64,000 nucleotides of DNA from Eledone cirrhosa (taxonomy: Eukaryota), in the NCBI GenBank assembly GCA_964016885.1, contig OZ024743.1, forward strand, positions 172,050,001 through 172,114,000. The letters are read 5' to 3'. The number at the start of each line of letters is the position of its first letter. Within the stretch, counting starts at the first letter, position 1. Below the pieces are notes generated by a model. It saw only the letters and a list, made by a program, of their open reading frames with translations, had not been told where the DNA came from and ran no database searches. The position numbers and the translations under genes were made by a program. This document shows positions 43,295-59,527 of this stretch, in pieces.

Positions 43295-43558
43295 AACTAT
43301 ATATATATGTGTTTGTGTCTATATTGTATCTGTATTATTTTTGACCGTTGGTCAGTCAATGGCAACATTGAGGACCGAATAAATTAGATTACCGATATAA
43401 AAGACACAGAAGCGAAAAGCGAAAACAAACCAAACAGTGAGTGTGTTGCGTTATTAATTCTGGCAATATTACACAAATATGACCCTCCCCAAGTATAACA
43501 ATATTTGTTTCGACACACGATTTCATATAAAAAACCTCGCAAAACTAATTCATCGCCG

Positions 43559-43682
<124 letters not shown>

Positions 43683-43712
43683 AATATACATACACATATG
43701 TATATATATATT

Positions 43713-45881
<2,169 letters not shown>

Positions 45882-45904
45882 TGTATACATATATATATAT
45901 ATAC

Positions 45905-45967
<63 letters not shown>

Positions 45968-46518
45968 AAGTTATATTTAAAAATTGTTGGGTTACAACTA
46001 GTAAATATTTATAACTGATATAAAAGCACTCGACAAATATTTGGAGTATATTTACAATATTAAATAAATGGAAAACTATATTTATAAAACCATATTTATT
46101 TCATTATATATATTTCGGGGATATCATATTAACAATATGCTATGCCTTCATCAGACAAAATACAATATAAACAGTTTTATAGATAAATATATTCGACATA
46201 CCGTAATAAACATCGACTTCATTTGAAGAGGTTTACGCTAGCAGTGAAAATACAGAGAGAAAGAAAGAGAGAAAAAAAAGAGAGAAAAAAGAAAGAAAGA
46301 CAAAACGAAGAAAAGGAAGAAAAAGAAGAAAAAGAAAAAGAAGAAATGCATGGAACAAAATAGAGAGATGGAAAAATAGATAAAGCGAAGAGCTTCATGT
46401 AAAGAAACAGAAAGATATATATATATATAGAGAGAGAGGAAATAGAGATAGATACATATATATATATAGAAAATTAGGTAGTGGGAGGTCATTTTGAGTA
46501 AGTGTATCAATGATACAT

Positions 46519-46557
<39 letters not shown>

Positions 46558-47687
46558 GCTCAAGTATTAATGTAAGGGAGATATATAGAGAGATATAGAG
46601 AGATATAGAGAGAGAAAAAAAAATTTAAAAAATAGCCAGACATATTCGAGGCGTAGAAAACCCTATGTTTTAATGTATTAGTATTTATAAAACTTACACT
46701 ATATTGTAAATATCAGTATTCCTGAATGAATCAAGTACCCATAATGTGTGAAAATTCATTATCTTATGTTTAGTTTTAAAAAATGCATATGTTTATGTGA
46801 CAGCTACAAACATCAATGTGAATCCAACTGATTCACTCTGCAAACTCTAGGTTACCGGAAAACATTCTCAATGTGGTATAAAAATTTGAGCGTATTATTA
46901 TTCTTGCGATTACTCTACAAGATTATCTATCAAGCAGAAATAGAGAGCAGATTTCAATATACTAATCAAAAAAAATATATATTATATTATAAACAAAACT
47001 AAAAATAAAAAGATAACAATAATAATAATAATAAGTAAAAATATAGAATAGAAAACTAAAAAAACTAAAAAAATATTACGAAAGAATATTACATAATAAA
47101 AATATTGCATATTAAAAATACTACGTATTAAAAAATATTACGTATTAAAAATTTACATATTAAAGATATTAAAAATATTAAAAATAAAATAAAAATAAAA
47201 AATAAAAAATATTATAGAATACTACAATACTAAAAGAATAAAAATAAAAATAAAAATAAAAATAAAAATAAAAATAAAAATAAAAATAAAAATAAAAATA
47301 AAAATAAACCACAAAGAACAACCCTTCAAAGTTAATTGACAATATATTGCCAAGTTCATTACAAGACAAAGCCAAACATTATCTATCAAATCACATCTAG
47401 CAAAGAACATCTCAAAAAGATTATGATGTCCAATTATGTCTACATATGTTCCTATATTTAATATAGAAGTTTATCTAGTGTATGGTTAATTCAAAAAATT
47501 TGGAGCATCGGCTTTTAGGGTAGCTTAATTTTTCATGAGGAATGTTTAGATAAAAATAAAAATAAAAATAAAAATAAATAAAATAAAAATAAACAATAAA
47601 AAAAGAGTAAAAAGAGGGAATCAAAGGTTTAGGAATCAAAAAATTTATCGGCTAGTTCTCATATAAATATAAATCAAACTAAATATA

Positions 47688-49902
47688 CTACATTTTAAAT
47701 TTAAATTTATATTTAAACGTTGAGTTTAATCTATGTTTGCAACAACTGAATAAATTTGTCCGTAGGTTAAGGGAATTTTTAGATTTTAGTATAAAGAATA
47801 TCTCCTCTGCGCAGAGGTCACATGTCTCAGAGGATGAATTAAAAGGAATCCCTCTTGAGACTATATTCCAAGCCGTCGAATATCTAACGTTATCTAGCTT
47901 AAGTTGCCAGAGTACGCCTGATAGTGCCGTTGAAGATTTTTTATTTGGATCTGTGAAAGAATTCTTGTGGTTATTATAGCGAAGTTTAAATTCCGTCGAT
48001 GTGGAACCGACGTAGTTAAAAGAATTAGAGTCAGTATTAACATTACAATTGTATACTATATTTTTAACTAAGCAGTTGTTATTTAACGGACATTTAGATC
48101 TATCTCTACAGTTACATTTGTTAACTTGTATATTATTTATGCTATTATCAGTAGGTTTTAAGTTCCTATTATTTATTCTATTAATATTTTGTGCTAAATT
48201 TTTGGTGGATGAGTAGGTTAATTTAATTGTATGCCTATTGAAGATTGAGTGATACCTATGTGTTCTAGGGAAGCGATTATCAAGAGCTTTGAAAAATAAT
48301 TTAGCGATGTGGGTTTTAATGTTTAGTGAGAAAGGGGGGGGCAAACCAAATTATGTTCCTGGTTCTATTTCTTTTTTGTCCTTTGGAATTATTGTAATGC
48401 TTTCTATTATAGTTGTTAATGTTGTTGCCGTAATTAAAAAAGTTGTTACTTTGTTTAGTTTGTCTATCATTATCTATGTACACAATCTTATCAGCATACC
48501 CTGCCCTAGCTAGTGCATCATTATAGTACTGGGCCTTTTCGTCAAAAATCTTTCTATTCGACGAGATCCTAGAGATACGTTTTTGGACTGAGTTTACTAT
48601 AGTGTTTTTGACAGATCTGGGGTGGTTAGAGTTAAAGTTGACATAGTTTAAGTTTTCATTCAACTTGTGAAAAGGATAGTGGAGACATGTGTTGAGATTT
48701 AATGTTATATCTAGGAAATTGACTATTCTATGGTTGTTCTCAATTTCTATTTTAAGGTTAAAGTAATTAAAAAATTTTGTAATTTGTTTACATTTTCTAT
48801 TTAGTTCAGGGTTATTATTATTAATAAGTAAAAGCATGTCATCCCTATATAAACCTCCGGTAGTACCAGGTATTTTCCTATGTAGCGAATTGATTAAAAA
48901 TAAGCCCACAAGGTCAGTTACCTGAGCTGAGTCGGAAGATCCCATAGTTAAGTCAAAATTGCTATCTCTATCAGCTCTGGTCCATAATTTGTCATTAAAT
49001 TCTATCAAAGTTTTCCTAGCCGATAATATAATATGCATTTCTTTGCTAGTTAGGTTCGTATGTTTGAATGCGTAATTTAGTGCCTTATTTAGTAGACTAG
49101 GGGTAATAGAAGAATAATAGTTAGCTATATCAAGTTGAATAAACCTATTATTATTGTTATATTTAATTTGCCTAAACCACTCAACAACCTCTCCAGTTCC
49201 CTTCCACAAGCTCAGGTTAGATACACAATCCAAGTTCTTAATTTGCTGTATCACCCTGTCAAGAATGTTTTTGCTTAATTTGCCCAGGTCCGATTTTGAA
49301 GGTGCGATCAATCTAACTGGCAGGTCATTTTCAAAATTCCTCTTGTGGTCCTTCATATTGATCTTCGGTTTCCTGGGCACGAAAGGTTGTGTTCTGTTCT
49401 CAATTTCCAACTCATGCATTATACAAGATGCTTCAACATTCATTTTCTCAAGTTCGGCCTTATCTGCTACCTTGTACTTTTTCCTCAGCTCTTTCAGTAT
49501 GAGGCCATTATACATGTCTTTCCACACTCCATAGAGGTTGTTGGTCTTGTCAGATTTCACCAAGATCTTCTCAGTTTTCTCTAAGCTCTCAATGTTATCC
49601 TTAATGCCTTTCAGATATTCCTGGCCTTTAAAGTTTCTCTTGAATTTGACCCCTTGTATGATAGAAATTATATCGTTTTCAAAGTCAGATAAAAGTTTTT
49701 TAGGGGGTGGATTTCTTTTAGATTTGAAAACTTTGTTTAAGTCCGAGATATTTTCGTCTGCATTAGATTTATCAAAGTGGAATGCACGCCACCTGATTCT
49801 CCTTATAAAAGAGTCAGATTTATCTATTAGTTGTTTTACAAAGTCTTTGTTTCTAGGTAGAGGTATGTCTTTTAGAGAGGAAGTAATCTTAAAGAATTCC
49901 AT
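47688..49902 (-). CDS. PLE polyprotein RT + GIY-YIG, intact except for a 1-nt shift in the poly-C at WFAPPF (about 48334-48341)
   Basis: SLKDIP, KSDKT, KDHK, QLDIANYYSSI, MGSSDS, GLYRDD, NFLDI | CNCRDRSKCPL, IVYNC, NYVGST, CDLCAEE. Confidence 0.9.
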
Positions 49903-50505
49903 TTTTCCATTTATAATATAAAGCGCTCAACAGTATTGGAGCAAGATACATGTAAAGTTATATTTAAAAATTGTTGGGTTACAACTAGTAAATATTTATA
50001 ACTGATATAAAAGCACTCGACAAATATTTGGAGTATATTTACAATATTAAATAAATGGAAAACTATATTTATAAAACCATATTTATTTCATTATATATAT
50101 TTCGGGGATATCATATTAACAATATGCTATGCCTTCATCAGACAAAATACAATATAAACAGTTTTATAGATAAATATATTCGACATACCGTAATAAACAT
50201 CGACTTCATTTGAAGAGGTTTACGCTAGCAGTGAAAATACAGAGAGAAAGAAAGAGAGAAAAAAAAGAGAGAAAAAAGAAAGAAAGACAAAACGAAGAAA
50301 AGGAAGAAAAAGAAGAAAAAGAAAAAGAAGAAATGCATGGAACAAAATAGAGAGATGGAAAAATAGATAAAGCGAAGAGCTTCATGTAAAGAAACAGAAA
50401 GAGATATATATATATAGAGAGAGAGGAAATAGAGATAGATACATATATATATATAGAAAATTAGGTAGTGGGAGGTCATTTTGAGTAAGTGTATCAATAA
50501 TACAT

Positions 50506-50540
<35 letters not shown>

Positions 50541-52140
50541 GCTCAAGTATTAATGTAAGGGAGATATATAGAGAGATATAGAGAGATATAGAGAGAGAAA
50601 AAAAAAATTTTAAAAATAGCCAGACATATTCGAGGCGTAGAAAACCCTATGTTTTAATGTATTAGTATTTATAAAACTTACACTATATTGTAAATATCAG
50701 TATTCCTGAATGAAACAAGTACCATAATGTGTGAAAATTCATTATCTTATGTTTAGTTTTAAAAAATTCATATGTTTATGTGACAGCTACAAACATCAAT
50801 GTGAATCCAACTGATTCACTCTGCAAACTCTAGGTTACCGGAAAACATTCTCAATGTGGTATAAAAATTTGAGCGTATTATTATTCTTGCGATTACTCTA
50901 CAAGATTATCTATCAAGCAGAAATAGAGAGCAGATTTCAATATACTAATAAAAAATATATATATTATATTATAAACAAAACTAAAATAAAAAGATAACAA
51001 TAATAATAATAATAAGTAAAAATATAGAATAGAAAACTAAAAAAACTAAAAAAATATTACGAAAGAATATTACATAATAAAAATATTGCATATTAAAAAT
51101 ACTACGTATTAAAAAATATTACGTATTAAAAATTTACATATTAAAGATATTAAAAATATTAAAAATAAAATAAAAATAAAAAATAAAAAATATTATAGAA
51201 TACTACAATACTAAAAGAATAAAAATAAAAATAAAAATAAAAATAAAAATAAAAATAAAAATAAAAATAAAAATAAAAATAAAAATAAAAATAAAAATAA
51301 AAATAAACCACAAAGAACAACCCTTCAAAGTTAATTGACAATATATTGCCAAGTTCATTACAAGACAAAGCCAAACATTATCTATCAAATCACATCTAGC
51401 AAAGAACATCTCAAAAAGATTATGATGTCCAATTATGTCTACATATGTTCCTATATTTAATATAGAAGTTTATCTAGTGTAAGGTTAATTCAAAAAATTT
51501 GGAGCATCGGCTTTTAGGGTAGCTTAATTTTTCATGAGGAATGTTTAGATAAAAATAAAAATAAAAATAAAAATAAATAAAATAAAAATAAACAATAAAA
51601 AAAGAGTAAAAAGAGGGAATCAAAGGTTTAGGAATCAAAAAATTTATCGGCTAGTTCTCATATAAATATAAATCAAACTAAATATACTACATTTTAAATT
51701 TAAATTTATATTTAAACGTTGAGTTTAATCTATGTTTGCAACAACTGAATAAATTTGTCCGTAGGTTAAGGGAATTTTTAGATTTTAGTATAAAGAATAT
51801 CTCCTCTGCGCAGAGGTCACATGTCTCAGAGGATGAATTAAAAGGAATCCCTCTTGAGACTATATTCCAAGCCGTCGAATATCTAACGTTATCTAGCTTC
51901 AAAAAATTTGGAGCATCGGCTTTTAGGGTAGCTTAATTTTTCATGAGGAATGTTTTGAATTAACCTTACACTAGATAAACTTCTATATTAAATATAGGAA
52001 CATATGTAGACATAATTGGACAACATAATCTTTTTGAGATGTTCTTTGCTAGATGTGATTTGATAGATAATTTTTGGCTTTGTCTTGTAATGAACTTGGC
52101 AATATATTGTCAATTAACTTTGAAGGGTTGTTCTTTGTGG

Positions 52141-52560
52141 TTTATTTTTATTTTTATTTTTATTTTTATTTTTATTTTTATTTTTATTTTTATTTTTATT
52201 TTTATTTTTATTTTTATTTTTATTTTTATTTTTATTTTTATTTTTATTTTTATTTTTATTTTTATTTTTATTTTTATTTTTATTTTTATTTTTATTTTTA
52301 TTTTTATTTTTATTTTTATTTTTATTTTTATTTTTATTTTTATTTTTATTTTTATTTTTATTTTTATTTTTATTTTTATTTTTATTTTTATTTTTATTTT
52401 TATTTTTATTTTTATTTTCATTTTTATTTTTATTTTTATTTTTATTTTTATTTTTATTTTTATTTTTATTTTTATTTTTATTTTTATTTTTATTTTTATT
52501 TTTATTTTTATTTTTATTTTTATTTTTATTTTTATTTTTATTTTTATTTTTATTTTTATT
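52141..52560. repeat. (TTTTTA)n microsatellite of about 70 units inside the pLTR
   Basis: Near-perfect hexamer run; much shorter in the other two pLTR copies. Confidence 0.95.
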
Positions 52561-53239
52561 CTTTTAGTATTGTAGTATTCTATAATATTTTTTATTTTTT
52601 ATTTTTATTTTATTTTTAATATTTTTAATATCTTTAATATGTAAATTTTTAATACGTAATATTTTTTAATACGTAGTATTTTTAATATGCAATATTTTTA
52701 TTATGTAATATTCTTTCGTAATATTTTTTTAGTTTTTTTAGTTTTCTATTCTATATTTTTACTTATTATTATTATTATTGTTATCTTTTTATTTTTAGTT
52801 TTGTTTATAATATAATATATATTTTTTTTTATTAGTATATTGAAATCTGCTCTCTATTTCTGCTTGATAGATAATCTTGTAGAGTAATCGCAAGAATAAT
52901 AATACGCTCAAATTTTTATACCACATTGAGAATGTTTTCCGGTAACCTAGAGTTTGCAGAGTGAATCAGTTGGATTCACATTGATGTTTGTAGCTGTCAC
53001 ATAAACATATGAATTTTTTAAAACTAAACATAAGATAATGAATTTTCACACATTATGGTACTTGTTTCATTCAGGAATACTGATATTTACAATATAGTGT
53101 AAGTTTTATAAATACTAATACATTAAAACATAGGGTTTTCTACGCCTCGAATATGTCTGGCTATTTTTAAAATTTTTTTTTTCTCTCTCTATATCTCTCT
53201 ATATCTCTCTATATATCTCCCTTACATTAATACTTGAGC

Positions 53240-53270
<31 letters not shown>

Positions 53271-53626
53271 ATGTATCATTGATACACTTACTCAAAATGA
53301 CCTCCCACTACCTAATTTTCTATATATATATATGTATCTATCTCTATTTCCTCTCTCTATATATATATATATCTCTTTCTGTTTCTTTACATGAAGCTCT
53401 TCGCTTTATCTATTTTTCCATCTCTCTATTTTGTTCCATGCATTTCTTCTTTTTCTTTTTCTTCTTTTTCTTCCTTTTCTTCGTTTTGTCTTTCTTTCTT
53501 TTTTCTCTCTTTTTTTTCTCTCTTTCTTTCTCTCTGTATTTTCACTGCTAGCGTAAACCTCTTCAAATGAAGTCGATGTTTATTACGGTATGTCGAATAT
53601 ATTTATCTATAAAACTGTTTATATTG

Positions 53627-53692
53627 TATTTTGTCTGATGAAGGCATAGCATATTGTTAATATGATATCCCCGAAATATATATAATGAAATA
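53627..53692 (+). ncRNA. Type I hammerhead ribozyme in pLTR (identical copies at 46097-46162 and 50084-50149, minus strand)
   Basis: 8-bp stem I UAUUUUGU/AUGAAAUA, CUGAUGA, stem II hairpin, GAAAU-AUAU-AUA. Confidence 0.75.
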
Positions 53693-53730
53693 AATATGGT
53701 TTTATAAATATAGTTTTCCATTTATTTAAT

Positions 53731-53768
<38 letters not shown>

Positions 53769-53910
53769 TATATGTGTGTGTATATATAGTCATTAGTTAA
53801 GCAAAACAAGACCACAAATTTCACAAGGATGACATTATTAAAAGATTGTCAACATATTTTAGTTTGATGTAAGGACTGTAGAAAATAATAATAATAATAT
53901 TAATAATAAT

Positions 53911-54093
53911 TGTTTCTACTTTAGGCACAAGGCCAGCAATTATCCGGTGCATTACTGGTACTTTATTTTATCGACCCCGTAAGGATGAAAGGCAAAGTCA
54001 ACCTCGGCGGGATTTGAACACAGATCGTAAAGGGACGTAACTATGCTGGAAAGCATGGCGTCCGACCCGCTACCGATACTGCCAATCCACCGC
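53911..54093 (-). mobile_element. tRNA-derived SINE inserted in the AAT tract of a pLTR
   Basis: Full-length copy flanked by duplicated ataatattaataataat; absent from the other two pLTR copies. Confidence 0.9.
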
Positions 54094-56546
54094 CCTCTAT
54101 AATATTAATAATAATAATAATATTAATAATAATAATGTCCGTTTACAATTGTTTCGCTACTCCATATGATATTTCTGGATCAGATGACTATATATCATAA
54201 TTGATCTGGTTCAGTTGAAAATAATTAACATACATAAAAGACAGAGCGGTTCATCGGGACTTCAAAGGAATATAAATTTAAATAATGAGATAATGTTACA
54301 TAATATAATGTTCCATATATTGGTTTTTACTATGGTGTCTTGGTTGCATCAGTTGTCAGCCATAATCAAGCAGTATTCATCTGTCGAGGCTGCATTGTGA
54401 GAGATCTGCCTATGGGTAACAAGATAGTGCCAAAGGGCATATTTACCTTACTAATTAGAGGGTGGTTTCAGGGGAAGTAACTTCTCGAGAGATTAGAAAT
54501 TGTGGGTGTTTATAGTAAAGTGCTAAATTTTAAATTTTAAATTTTTTTAGTTAAGAGACAATGAAGGGGAGGTAACTTATAATTATCGAATTGTTGATAA
54601 CAATTTAACTTATTAGCTATAAGTAAAAATGGGGCTACATGACTAAGTTGGGTCAAAAATTCTATTGGCGAAGGAATTAGCCCTTCGATGTTGACAGCTA
54701 ATAGTTACCTCCGTTCTATCGTTAATCGGTAGAGGTCGTGATAGAGTTATGTAATATGCTTCCGTAATACAAGATCACAAGATTTTCTTTCTCCATTGAC
54801 GGTTGGGCCCTAGCCACGATATCCCATTTTAGTGAGTGTTGAACGTTGTTTAATTTAAGGTTTTTAATCTGTTGCTAGGGTCTCGGAAGGAAAAAGAGTG
54901 CGCGATATAGCGTCCCTTAAAAGGGTTAGAGGTAGACCAGATATAAGAGCTGGTATTCGAAGCAGTCTTAACTGTGCATCTATAGACTATGTTGGGTGTC
55001 AGGCAGTGTCCATTTAATGGGCATGCATTGGGGTAACGGCAGTTGCAGTTGCTTCTGCGGTTAGTGAGGGTTGTTTAACCTAAGCGGTAGGTCCGTGCTA
55101 GAAGGATTAGATGGAGGAGGTGTGCTGCTAGAGTAATTATTGGTGTAGTGGCGTGGTGTGTTTGATAGGGGTGGTGGTACCGCGGTGTGGGAGTTATACT
55201 CTCTTAGCTTATGATGGTTACTGAACGCGATGTGGCTAGCTAGGATAGGTGTTGTGGAGAATGAGATTTTAATGTTATTTTTAATAAAGAGTTTGTAATA
55301 TCTATGGTTGGGGGGGGGGAGTGTTTAGATAGGATAGAGAATAAGCGTTTGGGGATATTAGTGGCTAGATTAGATGAGAATGGGGGGGGTTAAGCCAGGT
55401 GATATTTCTAGGTCTATTCCTTCTTGGGGTTCTAGTGGAGTTCGTAGGGGCCTTCCTAGAGTTATTATTGCCTGGGGATTTGTTATTTGTCATCCCATTT
55501 CTCATTCCTATTCTAGGGTTGATTTTTAGTTTGTTACTTGGAGTGGGGAGCAGAGCGCTGCCACCATTAAAGATCCCTGTATAGGTGCTGTTACTGCTAA
55601 AATTCCGGCGAATCTGGCTATATGCTAAGGTATTTCTAGTTCTAGTGTTAAGTTTATTATGGTGAATTGCTGTGTTATAGCATTTAGGTATGTAATAAAT
55701 TGATTGTTTATAAGCAGATTCAGAGAGAGCCTTATTATAATATTGTGCGTGGTTTATAAATATCTCCTCATTTGCTGATAGCATTGAGATCCTATAGGAG
55801 ATAGATTTGATTACTGCTCTGATGACTGCCGGTGGGTGGTTAGAGTGTAGGCTAATATATGTGAGTATTTCACCTGGTTTATGGTAATGGTTATATAGGT
55901 TATTGTTGAGATCCAGGTTGACGTCTAGGAAGTTTACTACTTTATGGTTCGGCTCGATGGTGATAGAGAGACCGTTATTTTTGAAGAATCTATGGAATTG
56001 TTTCTTGGCTAGGGCCCAACCGTTCAATGGACGAAGAAAATCTTGTGATCTCTGTATTACGGAAGCATATTACATAACTCTATCACGACCTCTACCGATT
56101 AACGATAGAACGGAGGTAACTATTAGCTGTCAACATCGAAGGGCTAATTCCTTCGCCAATAGAATGTTTGACCCAACTTAGTCATGTAGCCCCATTTTTG
56201 TAGCTAATAAGTTAAATTGCTATGAACAACTCGATAATTATAAGTTACCTCCCCTACATTGTCTCTCAACTAAAAACAAATTTAAAGTTAGCACTTAACT
56301 ATAAACACCCACAATTTCTAATCTCTCGAGAAGTTACTTCCCCTGAAACCACCCTCTAATTAGTAAATATGCCCTTTGGCAGCCATCCTGTTACCCATAG
56401 ACAGATCTCACACAATGCAGCCTCGACAGATGAATACTGCTTGATTATGACTGACAACTGATGCAACCAAGACACCATAGTAAAAACCAATATATAGAAC
56501 ATTATATTATGTAACATTATCTCATTATTTTAATTTATATTCCTTT

Positions 56547-56673
56547 GAAGTTCCGATGAGCCGTTCTGTCTTTTAAATTTGTTAATTATTTTCAACTGAA
56601 CCAGATAGATTATGATATATAGTCATCTGATCCAGAAATATCATATGGAGTAGCGAAACAATTGTAAACGGAC
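56547..56673 (+). ncRNA. Candidate hammerhead with U4C core and long branched stem II (copies at 59907-60032 + and 54137-54263 -)
   Basis: GUU-CCGAUGA-GC c G(C/U)UCU...GGAGU a GC-GAAAC-AAUU-GUA-AAC. Confidence 0.5.
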
Positions 56674-57027
56674 ATTATTATTATTAATATTATTATTATT
56701 ATTCTCTACATTCCTTACATCAATCTAAAATATGTTGACAATCTTTTCATAATGTCTTCTTTGTGAAATTTGTGGTCTTGTTTTGCTTAACTAATGAATA
56801 TTTCCAGCTCTGCGCACCTAACGTCTGCATGAACCCAGCCACCTAGTTGCTTTCTACTGCATATTGCACATTGAGCACATGCCTTTACGCTTTGGCTTCT
56901 AACTAATTCACCAATCTCTCCACTCATATCTTTTCTCCTATCTCCATCTCTCTCTTTAAGATTGGTTACTCTTGAACTCTGTATACTTGAGCTCCCGTAG
57001 TTGAGCTATTTACTGTTAGAAGTCACC

Positions 57028-59527
57028 ATGTTGACCAAACAGGAACTCAGAATCTCACTTAAGTCCATACCTATCCCGGACAGGAAGACATACCTCAAAC
57101 ACCTAATACAGAGTGTCAACTCCTTCATCCGAAGAATAAGATGGAAAGCGTACCACTTTGACCGTGCGGTTGCTGCTGACGCCGTAAGTACAGTAAATAG
57201 ATATGGATTTACCACATGCAAGAACCCCCCACACAACATCCTGCTGGACTCTTTTGAGAAAGATCTATTCAACTTCGTCAGGAGCATTAAGTTCAAAAAG
57301 CATTATAGACACAAGAATAACTTCCTCGCTAAATTAGCAACAACTATAAACAAATTTAAAGATATGTTATGTCTGACAAAACTAAAATTCTATACACCAT
57401 GACTCCTGAAATTTACAACTCCTTCCTTCTTAAAGAACTCAATAAAAACTATTAAAAAAACTATACCCTCCAGTGTAAACGTACTTAACCGAAAAGCCCA
57501 GGCTTTGGTTAAGGACTTGCATCTGGATAGATTTACCCACCCTTATGTACCAAAAATCCCAAGGTTCTCTCTCAAGGATTACAAGCCAAACTTTATAGAG
57601 AACCCATCTATTAGACTCATAATCCCAACCACATCTGACCTAGGCCGCATCAGTAAGAACATCCTTGATAGGGTAATCCCTGGGCTACGGGATGATACCA
57701 CCTACAAGTTGTGGTCCAACACAGGCCAAGTCATTAGATGGTTCTCCGATCTAAGGTCCATGCAATCTATGAGGTTCATCCAATTTGACATAGACAGCTA
57801 TTACGCGTCAATAACCCCGGAACTGCTCAACAAAGCATTAGCCCTAGCCACCACCAATTCGAACATAACCAATAATGAGATTAAAATCATACTTATGGCT
57901 AGGCAGACTATCATTGAATTCAATGGAGCACTCTGGACTAGAAAAGATAGAACAGACAACTTTGACATTACGATGGGCTCAAGTGACTCCGCGCAAATCA
58001 CCGATTTAGTTGGGATTTACCTATTACGTAACATCAGAGCCGAAATCCAACCCATACAAGGCGGAATATACAGGGACGACGCACTATTTGCAGTCCACAA
58101 TTGCACTAATCGGGGAATCGATTTGCTAAAGAAACAATTCCATAGATTCTTCAAAAATAACGGTCTCTCTATCACCATCGAGCCGAACCATAAATTAGTA
58201 AACTTCCTAGACGTCATCCTGGATCTCAACGATAACCTATATAACCCTTACCATAAACCAGGTGAAATACTCACATATATTAGCCCACACTCTAACCACC
58301 CACCGGCAGTCATCAGAGCAGTAATCAAATCTATCTCCTATAGGATCTCAATGCTATCAGCAAATGAGGAGATATTTATAAACCACGCACAATATTATAA
58401 TAAGGCTCTCTCTGAATCTGCTTATAAACAATCAATTTATTACATACCTAAATGCCATAACACAGCAATTCACCATAATAAACTTAACACTAGAACTAGA
58501 AATACCTTAGCATATAGCCAGATTCGCCGGAATTTTAGCAGTAACAGCACCTATACAGGGATCTTTAATGGTGGCAGCGGCCTGCTCCTCACACCAAGTA
58601 ACAAACTAAAAATCAACCCTAGAATAGGAATGAGAAATGGGATGACAAATAACAAATCCCCAGGTAATAATAACCCTAGGAAGGCCCCTACGAACTCCAC
58701 TAGAACCCCAAGAAGGAATAGACCTAGAAATATCACCTAGCTTAACACCCCCCCCCCCATTCTCATCTAATCTAGCCACTAATATCCCCAAATGCTTATT
58801 CTCTATCCTATCTAAACACCCCCCCCCCCAACCATAGATATTACAAATTCTTTAATAAAAAAACATTAAAATCTCATTCTCCACAACACATACCTAGCTA
58901 GCCACATCGCGCTCAGTAACCATCATAAACTAAGACAGTATAACTCCCACATCGCGGTACCACCACCCCTATCAAATACACGACGCCACTACACCAATAA
59001 TTACTCTAGCAGCACACCTCCTCCATCTAATCCTTCTAGCACGGACCTACCGCTTAGATTAAACAACCCTACACTCACTAACCGCAGAAGCAACTGCAAC
59101 TGCCGTTACCCCAATGCATACCCATTAAATGGACACTGCCTGACACCCAACATAGTCTATAGGTGCACGGTTAAGACTGCTTCGAATACCAGCTCTTATA
59201 TCGAGTCTACCTCTAACCCTTTTAAGTTACGCTATAACGCGCACTCGTTTTCCTTCCGAGAGGCTAGCAACAGATGTTCGACATCGCTAGCTAGGCTCAT
59301 TAAAAACCTTAATTTAAACAATGTTCAACACTCACTAAAATGGGATATCGTGGCTAGGGCCCAACCGTTCAATGGACGAAGAAAATCTTGTGATCTCTGT
59401 ATTACGGAAGCATATTACATGACTCTATCACGACCTCTACCGATTAACGATAGAACGTAGGTAACTATTAGCTGTCAACATCGGAGGGCTAATTCCTTCG
59501 CCAATAGAATTTTTGACCCAACTTAGT
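57028..59527 (+). pseudogene. PLE polyprotein RT + GIY-YIG with several stops and frameshifts
   Basis: SLKSIP, FIRRIRW, QFDIDSYYASI, MGSSDS, IYRDD, CNCRYP..PLNGHC, IVYRC, CDLCITE. Confidence 0.88.

Larger units (their letters stand above)
38818..43503 (-). mobile_element. Penelope-like element (tentatively Nematis-like) with an inverted 3'-end copy
   Basis: Minus strand: PTDKSG, LYGLRKDHK, RPVCG, MDVVSLYPS, GAAIG, RYVDD, YIGKTVRS. 42604-43503 (+) is an inverted copy of about 38818-39679. Confidence 0.9.
45963..53735 (-). mobile_element. Full-length Penelope-like element (Hydra-clade-like) with partial-tandem pLTRs of about 1.9 kb and an inverted third copy
   Basis: Direct repeat 45963-47899 / 49950-51899 around the ORF, inverted copy 51955-53735, (TA)n on both sides. 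Confidence 0.93.

Noticed and set aside
38818-43503. Selenocysteine-type recoding in PLE ORFs (known for some Naiads)
   Set aside because: The interruptions are mostly frameshifts and mixed stop codons rather than TGA at Cys positions, and the endonuclease is C-terminal, unlike Naiads.
52141-52560. Telomeric repeat array
   Set aside because: The unit lacks G, and it is an internal part of the pLTR present in all three copies.
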